Source of the DNA: Aliivibrio fischeri ES114
Lineage (GTDB): Bacteria > Pseudomonadota > Gammaproteobacteria > Enterobacterales > Vibrionaceae
DNA: 32,000 bases
Strand: one strand, 5' to 3'
Assembly (NCBI RefSeq): GCF_000011805.1
Contig: NC_006840.2
The number at the start of each line of letters is the position of its first letter. Position 1 is the first letter of the stretch. A program made the position numbers and the translations under genes. Positions 21,015 to 31,173 of this stretch are shown here, one piece after another. The notes beneath the pieces were generated by a model that did not search any database, had not been told where the DNA came from, and worked only from the letters and a program-made list of their open reading frames with translations.

Positions 21015-21173
21015 CTATCGACAAGAGAAGGGGTCACCTGTGTCGAATAATGCTTGAGCGTATGAACGTTGACGCTGTAAGACTTTTTTATGATTATTCA
21101 GTAGCTTTCTACGACGTTGTGTACTGCTTCTGAGTGTACTTTTACTTTTTGGTTTTCTTCTACCAGAGAGCAT
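21015..21173 (-). CDS. Candidate small basic protein (52 aa), below the ORF-track size cutoff
   Basis: Minus-strand ATG at 21173, preceded by GGGGGAG with a short 3-nt spacer. Translation: MLSGRRKPKSKSTLRSSTQRRRKLLNNHKKVLQRQRSYAQALFDTGDPFSCR (15 of 52 residues are K or R). It ends 6 nt before the bidirectional terminator. No homology is recognised. Confidence 0.3.
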   Translation of the reverse strand: MLSGRRKPKSKSTLRSSTQRRRKLLNNHKKVLQRQRSYAQALFDTGDPFSCR

Positions 21174-21195
21174 AAACTCCCCCTAATTAAACGAA

Positions 21196-21229
21196 TAAAA
21201 AGCGCGTTTATTGTATTTGTAAAACGCGC
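21196..21229 (-). terminator. Hairpin plus U-run downstream of mltF (terminator or attenuator)
   Basis: gcgcgttt (21202-21209) pairs with aaacgcgc (21222-21229) around a 12-nt loop. On the minus strand it is followed by UUUUUAUU. Confidence 0.55.
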
Positions 21230-21317
21230 ATAAAAATAGATGATGTGGAATGAAGATTAAGCCTCTATTGTTACCGTATTATGACGATGAATCGGAGATA
21301 AGATTCATCATTATAAA

Positions 21318-22805
21318 TTACTTTTTGGTCTCAATCGCTTGGCTAACACTGGCTTCCGCTGATGACAGAGGAACATCTATAACTTGTAGATCTTCAACTG
21401 TCAGTTCTTCTTGTTTTAACTTGTTCGCTTGTTCTTGTTCGTAACCAATAATACTTTGATAATAACGTCTAATATTTTCAACGTAATTTTGCGCTTCATC
21501 ACCACGAGCAAAACCATAACGTAAGTATCGGTAATAACGCTGTTGACGAAGCAGCGGTAAATTGTCTTTTACATCAGTCCATGAATCAGGATCGCCACCT
21601 AAACGTTGTGTTAGACGCCTTGCATCCATCATATGACCAAAACCGATGTTATATGAAGCCAGTGCGAACCAAATTTTTTCATGTTCGGTGATTGAATCTG
21701 GAACTCGTTTTACTATTCGACGTAAATATTCTGCACCACCACGAATACTTTGCTCGGGGTTTAAACGATTCTTCACTCCCACTGATTGGGCTGTTGGCAG
21801 AGTTAGCATCATCATACCGCGAACGCCTGTTGGTGATTTTGCAAGTGGGTTCCAATGAGACTCTTGATAAGAAAGAGCAGCAAGGAATCGCCAATCAAAG
21901 TCCCCCGCGTATTTTTTAAATAGCGGTTCCCATTTTGGCAGCTTGCTTTCTAATGCACGGATAAAGGCACGGGTATCTACATAATCAAAGGATTCTACAT
22001 GCCCAAAGTATTTTTCTTCAAGAAGAGCAAGTTTGCCGCTTTCTTTTAGTTCACCAAAAAATTCAATTAATAACGCTTGTAAACTGTCATCTTCGGTTTG
22101 TTGTAAGAACCATGCGACAGGCTGATCTTCTGTAACTTCGAAAGCAACAGCCAGATCGGGATGAATACGTTGAGTTAATGATAGCTCTACCGAATCAGCT
22201 AAAGTGTAATGTATTTCACCTGTTGCTACTTTTTTCAAAAGCTCGCTTACATCAGTATCTGCTGCGGTATTCCAATCAAGATTTGGGTATTTCTCTTTTA
22301 ATTTTATAAGCGTACCTTCAAAACTTGAATCTTTAACAATAGTAAGGTTTTCATCAAGTTGAGTTAGGTTTTTTATGTTGCGTGGTCGCCAACTCCCTTT
22401 CTTATAAACGACTTGTTGACTGACATAATAGTAGACAGGACCTGGACGAAATTTCTGTAAGCGTTCAGGGGTGATTGTCATGTTGGCTGCAATGATATCG
22501 ACTTCATTACGCTCTAATGCAGGAAATAAGCCTGAATAAGTATACGCAGGGGTGATCTCTAGCTTTACTTCTAACTTTTCAGCAAATGCTTTAGCAAGAT
22601 CATAATCTAATCCAGTAGGACCATTTGAACCAATGTAATAAGAAAGTTGGTTATTTAATGTGCTGACTCGTAAGATGCCACGTTCTCTAATTTGTTCTAG
22701 TTTGGTTTTGGGTTCAGATTCTACCTGACAACCGGTTAAGGTAATTAAAAGGGTAGAAATAACCAAACAAGATTGTATGAATCGGTGATGTCGAATGCGG
22801 CTCAA
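21318..22805 (-). CDS. mltF: Membrane-bound lytic murein transglycosylase F
   Basis: 495 aa with a lipoprotein-type signal (LLITLTGCQ), an N-terminal periplasmic solute-binding-like domain and a C-terminal SLT domain (LSYQESHWNP...GVRGMMMLT). Apparent TTG start. Divergent from purL, as in E. coli. Confidence 0.9.
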   Translation of the reverse strand: MSRIRHHRFIQSCLVISTLLITLTGCQVESEPKTKLEQIRERGILRVSTLNNQLSYYIGSNGPTGLDYDLAKAFAEKLEVKLEITPAYTYSGLFPALERNEVDIIAANMTITPERLQKFRPGPVYYYVSQQVVYKKGSWRPRNIKNLTQLDENLTIVKDSSFEGTLIKLKEKYPNLDWNTAADTDVSELLKKVATGEIHYTLADSVELSLTQRIHPDLAVAFEVTEDQPVAWFLQQTEDDSLQALLIEFFGELKESGKLALLEEKYFGHVESFDYVDTRAFIRALESKLPKWEPLFKKYAGDFDWRFLAALSYQESHWNPLAKSPTGVRGMMMLTLPTAQSVGVKNRLNPEQSIRGGAEYLRRIVKRVPDSITEHEKIWFALASYNIGFGHMMDARRLTQRLGGDPDSWTDVKDNLPLLRQQRYYRYLRYGFARGDEAQNYVENIRRYYQSIIGYEQEQANKLKQEELTVEDLQVIDVPLSSAEASVSQAIETKK

Positions 22806-22986
22806 GTCAGGATGCTCTTTTTAAAATTTAAGGCGTAGTTATATCAAATGGTAAATAAAGAGGCAAAAGTGCGGTAACAAATTACAACAATAATTAGATA
22901 TTGAGACAGATAAAGTGCATTGTGTGGTTAATTATTGTCCTATTTTAAGGAAATTACGGTTCGTTACCCTTTTTTTTAAAAAAAAT

Positions 22987-23002
22987 ACGCAAACGGTTGC
23001 TT
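22987..23002. promoter_or_regulatory. PurR operator upstream of purL
   Basis: ACGCAAACGGTTGCTT against the PurR consensus ACGCAAACGTTTTCGT. It lies just upstream of a weak -35 and the TATAAT at 23032-23037, and is flanked by T8A8 (22970-22985) and A9 (23018-23026) tracts. Confidence 0.6.
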
Positions 23003-23168
23003 TTGGTGTTACTTCACAAAAAAAAATCCTTTATAATGCGCTCGCAATAGCAGAGGTAACATCGGCATAGTCACTATGAGCCATGAGTATTTAATTGAGT
23101 TATATACATCTAATCTCATGAAACTATTCCAATATTACCTTTAATTCATTGCCAAAGAGACCTAGTAC

Positions 23169-26100
23169 ATGAGAATTTTGCGTGGTTCACCTGCTCTATC
23201 TGAATTTCGTGTTAACAAGCTGCTTGAGCTTTGTCGCGAGCTGAGTTTACCTGTTACTGGTATTTATGCTGAGTTTGCACATTTTGCTGATGTAACAGCA
23301 GAGCTTGATGCGTCTGAAGTACAGAAATTAGAAAAATTACTAACTTACGGTCCAACCATTGAAGAACATGAGCCAGAAGGTTTATTGCTTCTTACCACTC
23401 CTCGTCCAGGAACGATCTCTCCTTGGTCTTCAAAATCTACTGATATAGCTCATAACTGTGGTTTAGATAAAATTGCACGTTTAGAGCGTGGAACGGCATT
23501 TTATATTGAAAGATCTGAAGAGTTATCAGAACTTCAATTGATTGAATTAAAAGCAATTCTTCATGACCGCATGATGGAAGTGGTTTTCACTGACTTCGAA
23601 TCAGCATCAGCGTTATTTGCTGTATCTGAACCAGCACCGTATACAGAAGTCGATCTACTGACTGGTGGCCGTAAAGCGCTTGAAGACGCAAACGTTACCC
23701 TTGGTCTTGCTTTGGCGGAAGATGAGATTGATTACCTGCTTGAAAGTTTTACTGAAAAACTTGAGCGTAATCCGACTGACATCGAGCTAATGATGTTTGC
23801 ACAAGCGAACTCAGAGCACTGTCGCCATAAGATCTTCAACGCTGATTGGACTATCGACGGCGTTAAGCAAGAAAAATCATTGTTCAAGATGATTAAGAAT
23901 ACGTTTGAAGTTACTCCTGATAACGTACTTTCTGCATACAAAGATAACGCAGCTGTTATGACGGGCTCTGAAGTAGGTCGCTTCTTCCCAGATCCTGAAA
24001 CTCGCCAGTACAACTACCACCAAGAGAAAACACACATCTTGATGAAAGTTGAAACGCACAACCACCCAACAGCCATTTCTCCATGGCCGGGCGCATCAAC
24101 AGGTTCAGGCGGTGAAATCCGTGATGAAGGCGCAACAGGTATCGGTGGTAAGCCAAAAGCTGGTCTTGTAGCGTTCTCTGTATCTAACCTTAAGATCCCG
24201 AACTTTGTTCAACCTTGGGAAACTGACTTTGGTAAGCCAAGCCGTATCGTTACTGCATTGGATATCATGCTTGAAGGTCCTCTTGGCGGCGCGGCATTCA
24301 ACAACGAATTTGGCCGTCCAAACCTACTAGGCTACTTCCGTACTTACGAAGAGAAAGTAAACTCTCACGCAGGTGAAGAAGTACGTGGTTACCACAAGCC
24401 AATCATGCTGGCTGGTGGCCTTGGTAACATCCGTGACGAGCACGTTCAGAAGAAAGAGATCCCAGTAGGTGCAAGCCTAATCGTTCTTGGTGGTCCTGCG
24501 ATGAACATCGGCCTTGGTGGTGGTGCGGCATCTTCAATGGACTCAGGTTCTTCTTCTGAAGATCTAGACTTCGCTTCGGTACAACGTGAAAACCCAGAAA
24601 TGGAGCGTCGTTGTCAGGAAGTTATCGACCGTTGTTGGCAGCTAGGTGATGCGAACCCAATCGCATTCATCCACGATGTGGGCGCGGGCGGTATCTCAAA
24701 TGCACTTCCTGAGCTAGTTGACGATGGCGAGCGTGGCGGTATCTTCAACCTACGTGACGTGCCAAACGATGAGCCGGGCATGAGCCCACTTGAGATCTGG
24801 TGTAACGAATCTCAAGAGCGTTACGTAATGGCGGTCGCTGACAAAGACATGGCAACGTTCGATGCTATTTGTAAGCGTGAACGCGCACCTTACGCCGTGG
24901 TTGGTAAAGCTACTGAAGAGCGAGAACTTAAACTTGAAGATTCACACTTCGACAATACGCCAATCGACATGCCAATGGACATCCTATTAGGTAAAACACC
25001 TAAGATGCACCGTGACGCAAAAACGCTAAAAGCGAACAACCCAGCGATTGACCGTTCTGGTATCGAAATGAACGAAGCGGTTGACCGTGTTCTTCGTCTA
25101 CCAACAGTCGCTGAGAAAACATTCCTCATCACTATCGGTGATCGCTCGGTAACTGGTCTTGTTGCTCGTGACCAAATGGTTGGCCCATGGCAGGTTCCTG
25201 TTGCTAACTGTGCTGTAACAGCAGCAAGTTACGACTCTTACCACGGTGAAGCGATGTCTCTTGGTGAGCGTACGCCAGTAGCACTACTAGACTTCGGCGC
25301 ATCGGCTCGTCTAGCGGTTGGTGAAGCAATCACTAACATCGCAGCGACCAACATCGGCGATATCAAACACATTAAATTGTCAGCTAACTGGATGTCTCCA
25401 GCAGGTCACCCAGGTGAAGATGCAGGTCTTTACGAAGCAGTGAAAGCAGTTGGTGAAGAGCTATGTCCAGCACTGGGTCTAACTATCCCAGTGGGTAAAG
25501 ACTCAATGTCGATGAAGACTAAGTGGGAAGAGAACGGCGAGCAGAAAGAAGTCACGTCTCCGTTATCTCTTGTTATCACTGCATTTGCTCGTGTTGAAGA
25601 TGTTCGTAAGACGATTACGCCTCAACTTCGCACCCCTGATAACCTTGAAGGACTAGGCGACACTTCACTAGTTCTTATCGACCTAGGTAACGGCAAAAAT
25701 CGTCTAGGTGCAACGGCACTAGCGCAAGTTTACAAGCAGCTTGGTGATAAGCCAGCAGACGTAGACAATGCAGCACAGCTAAAAGGTTTCTACGAAGGTG
25801 TTCAAGCACTGGTTGCTAACGACCAAGTTGTGGCTTACCACGATAAAGGCGATGGCGGTCTATTCGTTACTCTTGCTGAGATGGCGTTCGCAGGTCACTG
25901 TGGTGTTAACGCAAACATTGAAGCGCTAGGCGAAGACACTCTAGCAGCACTGTTCAACGAAGAGCTAGGTGCGGTAATCCAAGTTCGCAACGATGACCTA
26001 GACGCGGTTCTTTCTACGCTTGCAGCAAACGGTCTAGAAGCGTGTTCACACGTAATCGGTTCTGTTGAAGCGTCTGATGAGCTAGTGATTAAATCTGGTG

Positions 26101-27080
26101 AGTCTGTAGTGATTGAACGTAACCGTACTGAACTTCGTACTATCTGGGCTGAGACGACGCATAAGATGCAAGGTCTACGTGATAACCCAGCATGTGCTGA
26201 CCAAGAGCATGAAGCGAAGAAAGACAACTCAGATCCAGGTCTGAACGTGAAACTAAGCTTTGACGTAAACGAAGATATCGCTGCACCGTTTATCAACACA
26301 GGTGCTAAACCTAAGATGGCAATTTTACGTGAGCAGGGTGTTAACTCTCACGTTGAAATGGCTGCAGCATTCGACCGTGCAGGCTTCGAAGCAACTGATA
26401 TTCACATGAGCGACATCCTAACGGGTCAAGCAGTTTTAGAAGAGTACAACGGCCTTGTGGCATGTGGTGGCTTCTCTTACGGTGACGTATTAGGCGCTGG
26501 TGAAGGTTGGGCTAAGTCAGTTCTGTTTAACGACTCTACTCGTGACCAGTTTGAAAACTTCTTCAAGCGTGAAGATACCTTCTCTCTAGGTGTGTGTAAC
26601 GGTTGTCAAATGCTGTCTAACTTGCGTGATCTAATCCCAGGTGCTGAGTACTGGCCACGTTTCGTTCGCAACGAATCTGAGCGCTTTGAAGCACGTTTCA
26701 GCCTAGTAGAAGTTCAGAAGTCTGATTCTGTATTCTTCAACGGCATGGAAGGTTCTCGTATGCCTATCGCGGTTTCTCACGGTGAAGGCCGCGTAGAAGT
26801 GCGTGACAATGACCACCTAAACGCGATTGAAAATTCAGGTACGGTTGCTCTACGTTACGTTGATAACCACGGTAACCCAACGCAGCAATACCCGAATAAC
26901 CCGAACGGTTCGCCAAACGCTATCACAGGTTTAACAACGACGGATGGTCGCGTGACTATCATGATGCCTCACCCAGAGCGTGTATTCCGCACGGTTGCAA
27001 ACTCTTGGTCTCCAGAAGGTTGGGGCGAGAACGGTGCTTGGATGCGTATGTTCCAAAATGCACGTAAGAACATTGGCTGA
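23169..27080 (+). CDS. purL: Phosphoribosylformylglycinamidine synthase (large, single-chain)
   Basis: 1303 aa containing the N-terminal domain, FGAM synthetase domains and a C-terminal glutaminase (GVCNGCQM ... MMPHPER). Confidence 0.97.
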   Translation: MRILRGSPALSEFRVNKLLELCRELSLPVTGIYAEFAHFADVTAELDASEVQKLEKLLTYGPTIEEHEPEGLLLLTTPRPGTISPWSSKSTDIAHNCGLDKIARLERGTAFYIERSEELSELQLIELKAILHDRMMEVVFTDFESASALFAVSEPAPYTEVDLLTGGRKALEDANVTLGLALAEDEIDYLLESFTEKLERNPTDIELMMFAQANSEHCRHKIFNADWTIDGVKQEKSLFKMIKNTFEVTPDNVLSAYKDNAAVMTGSEVGRFFPDPETRQYNYHQEKTHILMKVETHNHPTAISPWPGASTGSGGEIRDEGATGIGGKPKAGLVAFSVSNLKIPNFVQPWETDFGKPSRIVTALDIMLEGPLGGAAFNNEFGRPNLLGYFRTYEEKVNSHAGEEVRGYHKPIMLAGGLGNIRDEHVQKKEIPVGASLIVLGGPAMNIGLGGGAASSMDSGSSSEDLDFASVQRENPEMERRCQEVIDRCWQLGDANPIAFIHDVGAGGISNALPELVDDGERGGIFNLRDVPNDEPGMSPLEIWCNESQERYVMAVADKDMATFDAICKRERAPYAVVGKATEERELKLEDSHFDNTPIDMPMDILLGKTPKMHRDAKTLKANNPAIDRSGIEMNEAVDRVLRLPTVAEKTFLITIGDRSVTGLVARDQMVGPWQVPVANCAVTAASYDSYHGEAMSLGERTPVALLDFGASARLAVGEAITNIAATNIGDIKHIKLSANWMSPAGHPGEDAGLYEAVKAVGEELCPALGLTIPVGKDSMSMKTKWEENGEQKEVTSPLSLVITAFARVEDVRKTITPQLRTPDNLEGLGDTSLVLIDLGNGKNRLGATALAQVYKQLGDKPADVDNAAQLKGFYEGVQALVANDQVVAYHDKGDGGLFVTLAEMAFAGHCGVNANIEALGEDTLAALFNEELGAVIQVRNDDLDAVLSTLAANGLEACSHVIGSVEASDELVIKSGESVVIERNRTELRTIWAETTHKMQGLRDNPACADQEHEAKKDNSDPGLNVKLSFDVNEDIAAPFINTGAKPKMAILREQGVNSHVEMAAAFDRAGFEATDIHMSDILTGQAVLEEYNGLVACGGFSYGDVLGAGEGWAKSVLFNDSTRDQFENFFKREDTFSLGVCNGCQMLSNLRDLIPGAEYWPRFVRNESERFEARFSLVEVQKSDSVFFNGMEGSRMPIAVSHGEGRVEVRDNDHLNAIENSGTVALRYVDNHGNPTQQYPNNPNGSPNAITGLTTTDGRVTIMMPHPERVFRTVANSWSPEGWGENGAWMRMFQNARKNIG

Positions 27081-27246
27081 TTTAACGCATTATTAAGGTG
27101 CATTTATAAAATGTACTCTTGATGTTTAATTTAATAATCAGTTGGTTATCACGAATGTGTAAAAATGTGATAATAATCTTAATATTGAATTGAGACTCTG
27201 TTCTATAATAAATAAAAGGGTTGGGTAAAGACGGCTCTTTTCAAAT

Positions 27247-27281
27247 AAAACCGTTGAAGTTTAGGCTTCAGCGGTTTTTTT
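27247..27281 (+). terminator. Rho-independent terminator about 170 nt after purL
   Basis: aaccgttgaag / tttagg / cttcagcggtt (one G-U pair) followed by T7. Confidence 0.8.
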
Positions 27282-27320
27282 GTTAGAATGCTTTTTTAAT
27301 TTTATCTGTTGGAATAAGCA

Positions 27321-27830
27321 ATGAAAAAAACGCATGTGACTATCGGGTTAAGTAACCCCAAAAGTCCGACAAATGTTGGTGCAGTAATGCGTGCTGCTGG
27401 TTGTTATCAAGTTGATGATGTTCGCTATACTGGTGAGCGATATGATCGTGCTGCTAAATTTCAAACGGATACGAAAAAAGTTGCCAGCAAAATCCCATTA
27501 ACAAGCGTAAATTGCTTATTAGACGATCTACCAGAAGACATGAAAGTCGTTTGTGTTGAATTAGCTGAAGGAGCAGTATCTCTTCCTCAATTTCAACATC
27601 CAGATAAAGCAATTTATGTCTTTGGTCCTGAAGATGGTTCGATAACTCAACAGGTAGCTGATCGTGCTGATCATGTTGTTTATGTTCCTACAGTAGGGTG
27701 CATGAACCTAGCTGCGACAGTGAATGTTCTTTTATATGATCGCTTGGCAAAATCGGAAGATATTGTACAAGGTGATGAGCTAATTCGAAGCAGTCGTGAT
27801 AACCGCAACCATCTCGTTGTAAAAAAGTAA
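27321..27830 (+). CDS. SpoU/TrmH-family (SPOUT) RNA 2'-O-methyltransferase
   Basis: 169 aa with the motifs NVGAVMRAAG, IYVFGPEDGS and MNLAATVNVLLYD, typical of the SPOUT knot. Confidence 0.8.
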   Translation: MKKTHVTIGLSNPKSPTNVGAVMRAAGCYQVDDVRYTGERYDRAAKFQTDTKKVASKIPLTSVNCLLDDLPEDMKVVCVELAEGAVSLPQFQHPDKAIYVFGPEDGSITQQVADRADHVVYVPTVGCMNLAATVNVLLYDRLAKSEDIVQGDELIRSSRDNRNHLVVKK

Positions 27831-27998
27831 TGATGGAAACAGAATGAAAGCTTGCTTGAGTTCACATCTTTTTGGTGCATTTTTGGCTAGATGTGTTCTA
27901 ATAGCGGGCATTAAAGGGAATGCTGTGATTATGCAGCAGTTATAGATGGAATTTTTTCAATGATCTATCCCTTAACTATCGAATTCTAGGAAATAAAA

Positions 27999-28319
27999 AT
28001 GGCAAAATTTGATTACCGTATTGTAGAAAAACGTAACGCTTGGGCTGCTGAAATTACACGCCAAGTAACTTCTCGCAGAACGGTTGTATCTAAACGTCAA
28101 CTTGGTTTTGAAACTGAAGCTGAAGCTGTTGAATGGGCTGAAAAAGAGCTTGTTGAATTTGCTAAAAACCAAGCTGTACGTAACGAGCGTAAATCAGAGC
28201 AACGTTTTGAGCGTGAAGAAATGATCGCACGTAAGAAAGAAAAAGCGGCAGCTCAAAAAGCAGCATACGAAGCAGCTCGTGATGAAGAAGAAGACGAGTA
28301 CGACTTCGACGAAGAGTAA
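27999..28319 (+). CDS. Small charged protein, DUF3622-like
   Basis: 106 aa with N-terminal KFDYRIVEKRNAWAAEITRQVTSRRTVVSKRQLGFETEAEA and a Lys/Glu-rich acidic tail. The family assignment is from memory. Confidence 0.55.
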   Translation: MAKFDYRIVEKRNAWAAEITRQVTSRRTVVSKRQLGFETEAEAVEWAEKELVEFAKNQAVRNERKSEQRFEREEMIARKKEKAAAQKAAYEAARDEEEDEYDFDEE

Positions 28320-28340
28320 TCTTCACAATAGAATGAAATA

Positions 28341-28370
28341 AAAAAGGCGCTAATTAAAGCGCCTTTTTTG
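28341..28370. terminator. Bidirectional terminator between the DUF3622-like gene and the chitinase gene
   Basis: aaaggcgct / aattaa / agcgccttt with flanking A and T runs. Confidence 0.85.
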
Positions 28371-28380
28371 TGTCTACTAT

Positions 28381-30921
28381 TTATTGATTATTCATTTGAT
28401 TTAATTTATCACCAACGGGTTTGGAAAAATTAAATCCATCATGTAAATCCCAATTGATTGACCATGTCATTACTCCACCAAAGTTTGAGTAGAGTTTACT
28501 TGGAACCACTGAACTGCATGCGGTGCCATAAGTAACACAGTCTAGTGCATCGACAATGTTTTGAATTGGAGCTTGACCTGAGTTTGCAGAGCTTGGGCCT
28601 GATGGTAATCCAATCGCAACTTGATCATCCCTTAATGGAGCGAAGAAGGTACCATCTGCTAATTCAAAACCCTCAACTAGCATTTTTACTGACGCTACCA
28701 TCATGTCGACAGAACCTTCAGGTGCTGAACCAGGCATGTATGGATTTGGTAGCCCGCCATTGTTATAAAGTTGAACGTGTAATAAATCTAATGTATCTCG
28801 AACTTGATTAATCACCGGTATATAGGCACCCCAAATACCACTGTAAGCGATCATTCCACCTTGCACATAAGGATGTTCTGGCGCCATGGTTAAATACATA
28901 TCGCCACCCATATTAGCCTCTATTTGTTTAAGTGCTGTAGGTAATCGAGCTTGTATTTGAGTACCATGAAGTAGATTTGACCCACTTTCTAAATCAATAT
29001 CGAGTCCATCAAATCCCCATTCATCAATGATAGCCGTTAGACTATTTACAAAGTTAACCTCATCATTATCAGTATTTAATGTAATGGTTCCTTCTGCACC
29101 GCCAAGTGAAAGAACAAATACTTTGCCTTTTGCTTGTAGTGCTGCCATATCCTGTTTAAATTGAGTTGGATCTAATGCTGGACAACTGCTATGAATATCT
29201 CCTGAGTACAGATTAAAATGCACGGTACCATTACTGTTTCTGTCATTGTCAGCAAAAGCGATATCAATAATATCCCATTCATCTGACATATCAGCTAAGC
29301 GAATTGGACATCCTGAACCATTTACAAAATTGTGCCAATAACCGATAAGTTTATGTTTCGCTAGTGTTTGTTCTACAACAGAGACACTTGAAGCAGTAGA
29401 TAATGCTGTATTACCTTGCGCATCTGTAGCTTCGACCGATAAGGTGTAAGCTCCAATTGCTGCTGGTGTCCAATTGACACTATACGGTGATGTTGTATCT
29501 GAGGCGATAATAACGCCATTAACTAAGAAGTCTACTTTGGTGATAGAACTGCTTAGAGATGTTGCTGTCGCTTTGAGTTGAGTTATTTTACCCAGAACTA
29601 AACTCGAACCTGTTATTGGGGAGGTGAGTGCTGTAACCACATTTTGATCACTAACCGTAACCAAAATACTATTTTCACTGTTATTACCTTCATTATCTGT
29701 TGCTACTGCTTTTAATGTATTACTTCCAATTACTGTAGCATCCCAATTAACGGTATATGGTGCTTGTGTATCAGATCCAAGAGTGACATTGTTTGCAAAG
29801 AACTCAACACCAATAACACTTCCATCACTATCACTTGCACTCGCATTCACTTCGACGATAGAACCAGCAAGAATTACACTATTATCATTTGGTGAGGTAA
29901 TCGTTACTTGTGGCGGTGTACTGCAAACGCCTAATCCTGTCCATGCATCTTGCCAATTAGATCCCGTTCCAGGAGCGTAAGCCCAGTCTGATGATGATGA
30001 GCACCAACCACCAATATCACAACGATATTTTTGATTTAAGTTTTGAACTTCATCACCAGCCGCATAGTTTGTTCCAGACTTGTATTGAGGGAGGCCTGCA
30101 CACCCACCACTGGATGGTTCAGATACCTCAAGTGTAACGCCTTTACTTATGGTTGTCTGATTATCATTATCTGTCGCCTTTGCTTTAAATTGGTGAGGAC
30201 CGCTTGTCGCTAACCATGAATACTCAAAAGGTGCTTCGGTATCAGTAAAAGCAAGTTGATTATCAATGTAGAACTCGACATTATTAATTACGCCATCACT
30301 GTCATTTGCATTGGCTGAAACGACTAATGTGTCGCCTGTTGTTAGTTTTTCATTTCCTATTGGAGAGGTAAGTTCAATTGTTGGAGGGACAAGTTCACCT
30401 GCTGATTGAACCTTTATAGAAACAGATTCTGTGGTGGTGGCACCTTCATCGTCTGTGGCAATAACAATAATTGATGTGGTGTTTTTAATAGCAATCCAAG
30501 GTGTGTTATAAGGAGGGCTGGTAACAATGGCAATAGATTGATTGTTTGATAAGAATTCTACTTGAGTAATGGAACCGTCTTTATCATCAGCACTCGCTTG
30601 AAGTGTTATCAGGCTAGCTTCAGGGATTATGGCATTATTTATTGGGGATATGATTGTCACTGTTGGTGCGATATTCTCACCTCCTGTACTACATTTACCA
30701 AGATTCTTCCATTCTTGCCATTCACCGGAATGTGTTTCTGGATCGTTTCCTTGTGACCACCATTGGGCTTGGTAAGCAATATTGTTTTGTTGAACAGTAT
30801 CCCCCCCACTATAAGCTTGAGTACTTTGCCAAATTGGCGTCGAGCTACAATCAAATGCATTTGCTCCATATGAGATAAAGAGAGCAGAAGCAATAGCACT
30901 CTTAATGAATATCCCTTTCAT
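28381..30921 (-). CDS. Secreted modular GH18 chitinase (E. coli ChiA/YheB-like catalytic type)
   Basis: 846 aa. Signal peptide, then a CBM5/12-like domain (AYQAQWWSQGNDPE), two Ig-like repeats, a second CBM5/12-like domain (YRCDIGGWCSS...WQDAW) and two more Ig-like repeats. The C-terminal GH18 domain carries the FDGLDIDLE catalytic motif, with E encoded at 28987-28989. Confidence 0.88.
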   Translation of the reverse strand: MKGIFIKSAIASALFISYGANAFDCSSTPIWQSTQAYSGGDTVQQNNIAYQAQWWSQGNDPETHSGEWQEWKNLGKCSTGGENIAPTVTIISPINNAIIPEASLITLQASADDKDGSITQVEFLSNNQSIAIVTSPPYNTPWIAIKNTTSIIVIATDDEGATTTESVSIKVQSAGELVPPTIELTSPIGNEKLTTGDTLVVSANANDSDGVINNVEFYIDNQLAFTDTEAPFEYSWLATSGPHQFKAKATDNDNQTTISKGVTLEVSEPSSGGCAGLPQYKSGTNYAAGDEVQNLNQKYRCDIGGWCSSSSDWAYAPGTGSNWQDAWTGLGVCSTPPQVTITSPNDNSVILAGSIVEVNASASDSDGSVIGVEFFANNVTLGSDTQAPYTVNWDATVIGSNTLKAVATDNEGNNSENSILVTVSDQNVVTALTSPITGSSLVLGKITQLKATATSLSSSITKVDFLVNGVIIASDTTSPYSVNWTPAAIGAYTLSVEATDAQGNTALSTASSVSVVEQTLAKHKLIGYWHNFVNGSGCPIRLADMSDEWDIIDIAFADNDRNSNGTVHFNLYSGDIHSSCPALDPTQFKQDMAALQAKGKVFVLSLGGAEGTITLNTDNDEVNFVNSLTAIIDEWGFDGLDIDLESGSNLLHGTQIQARLPTALKQIEANMGGDMYLTMAPEHPYVQGGMIAYSGIWGAYIPVINQVRDTLDLLHVQLYNNGGLPNPYMPGSAPEGSVDMMVASVKMLVEGFELADGTFFAPLRDDQVAIGLPSGPSSANSGQAPIQNIVDALDCVTYGTACSSVVPSKLYSNFGGVMTWSINWDLHDGFNFSKPVGDKLNQMNNQ

Positions 30922-31173
30922 ATATGTATCCTTAATTATCGAATGAATGGTTTTTAGCGTTAAATCTTTAATACCAATTAAGTTCTAGTAGAAAATAAGT
31001 GTGTTTTTTTATTTTGTTTTGCTAATTAACAGGAGATCACAGAGATAATTAAAGCTCTCATAGAGTTACGGCTCTTTTTAGAAAGAGTTCACACTAAAAA
31101 ATGCGATTTGAATTTAAAGCGTTACTCTTTATTTTTGCTATCATAAGCGGCTCTATTTTATGGGCTAGATAAG

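Noticed and set aside
20846-21037. 63-aa minus-strand ORF overlapping the tadA 3' end
   Set aside because: It is the low-complexity mirror of the TadA Lys/Glu-rich tail codons and it runs across the terminator hairpin. It is not credible as a gene.
21250-21444. 64-aa plus-strand ORF overlapping the mltF 3' end
   Set aside because: It overlaps the well-supported mltF CDS in antisense and has no Shine-Dalgarno or motif.
22970-23026. T8A8 palindrome and A9 tract in the mltF/purL spacer
   Set aside because: Most simply read as curved or UP-like promoter DNA around the PurR box. No further structure is evident.
23732-26299. Several antisense ORFs (62-134 aa) inside purL
   Set aside because: These are typical shadow ORFs opposite a long codon-biased gene. 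They have no start context or recognisable motifs.
27204-27281. Possible small RNA between purL and its terminator (TATAAT at 27204-27209, about 65 nt to the terminator)
   Set aside because: No acceptable -35 lies at 16-18 bp spacing. The region is equally well explained as a long purL 3' UTR ending at the same terminator.
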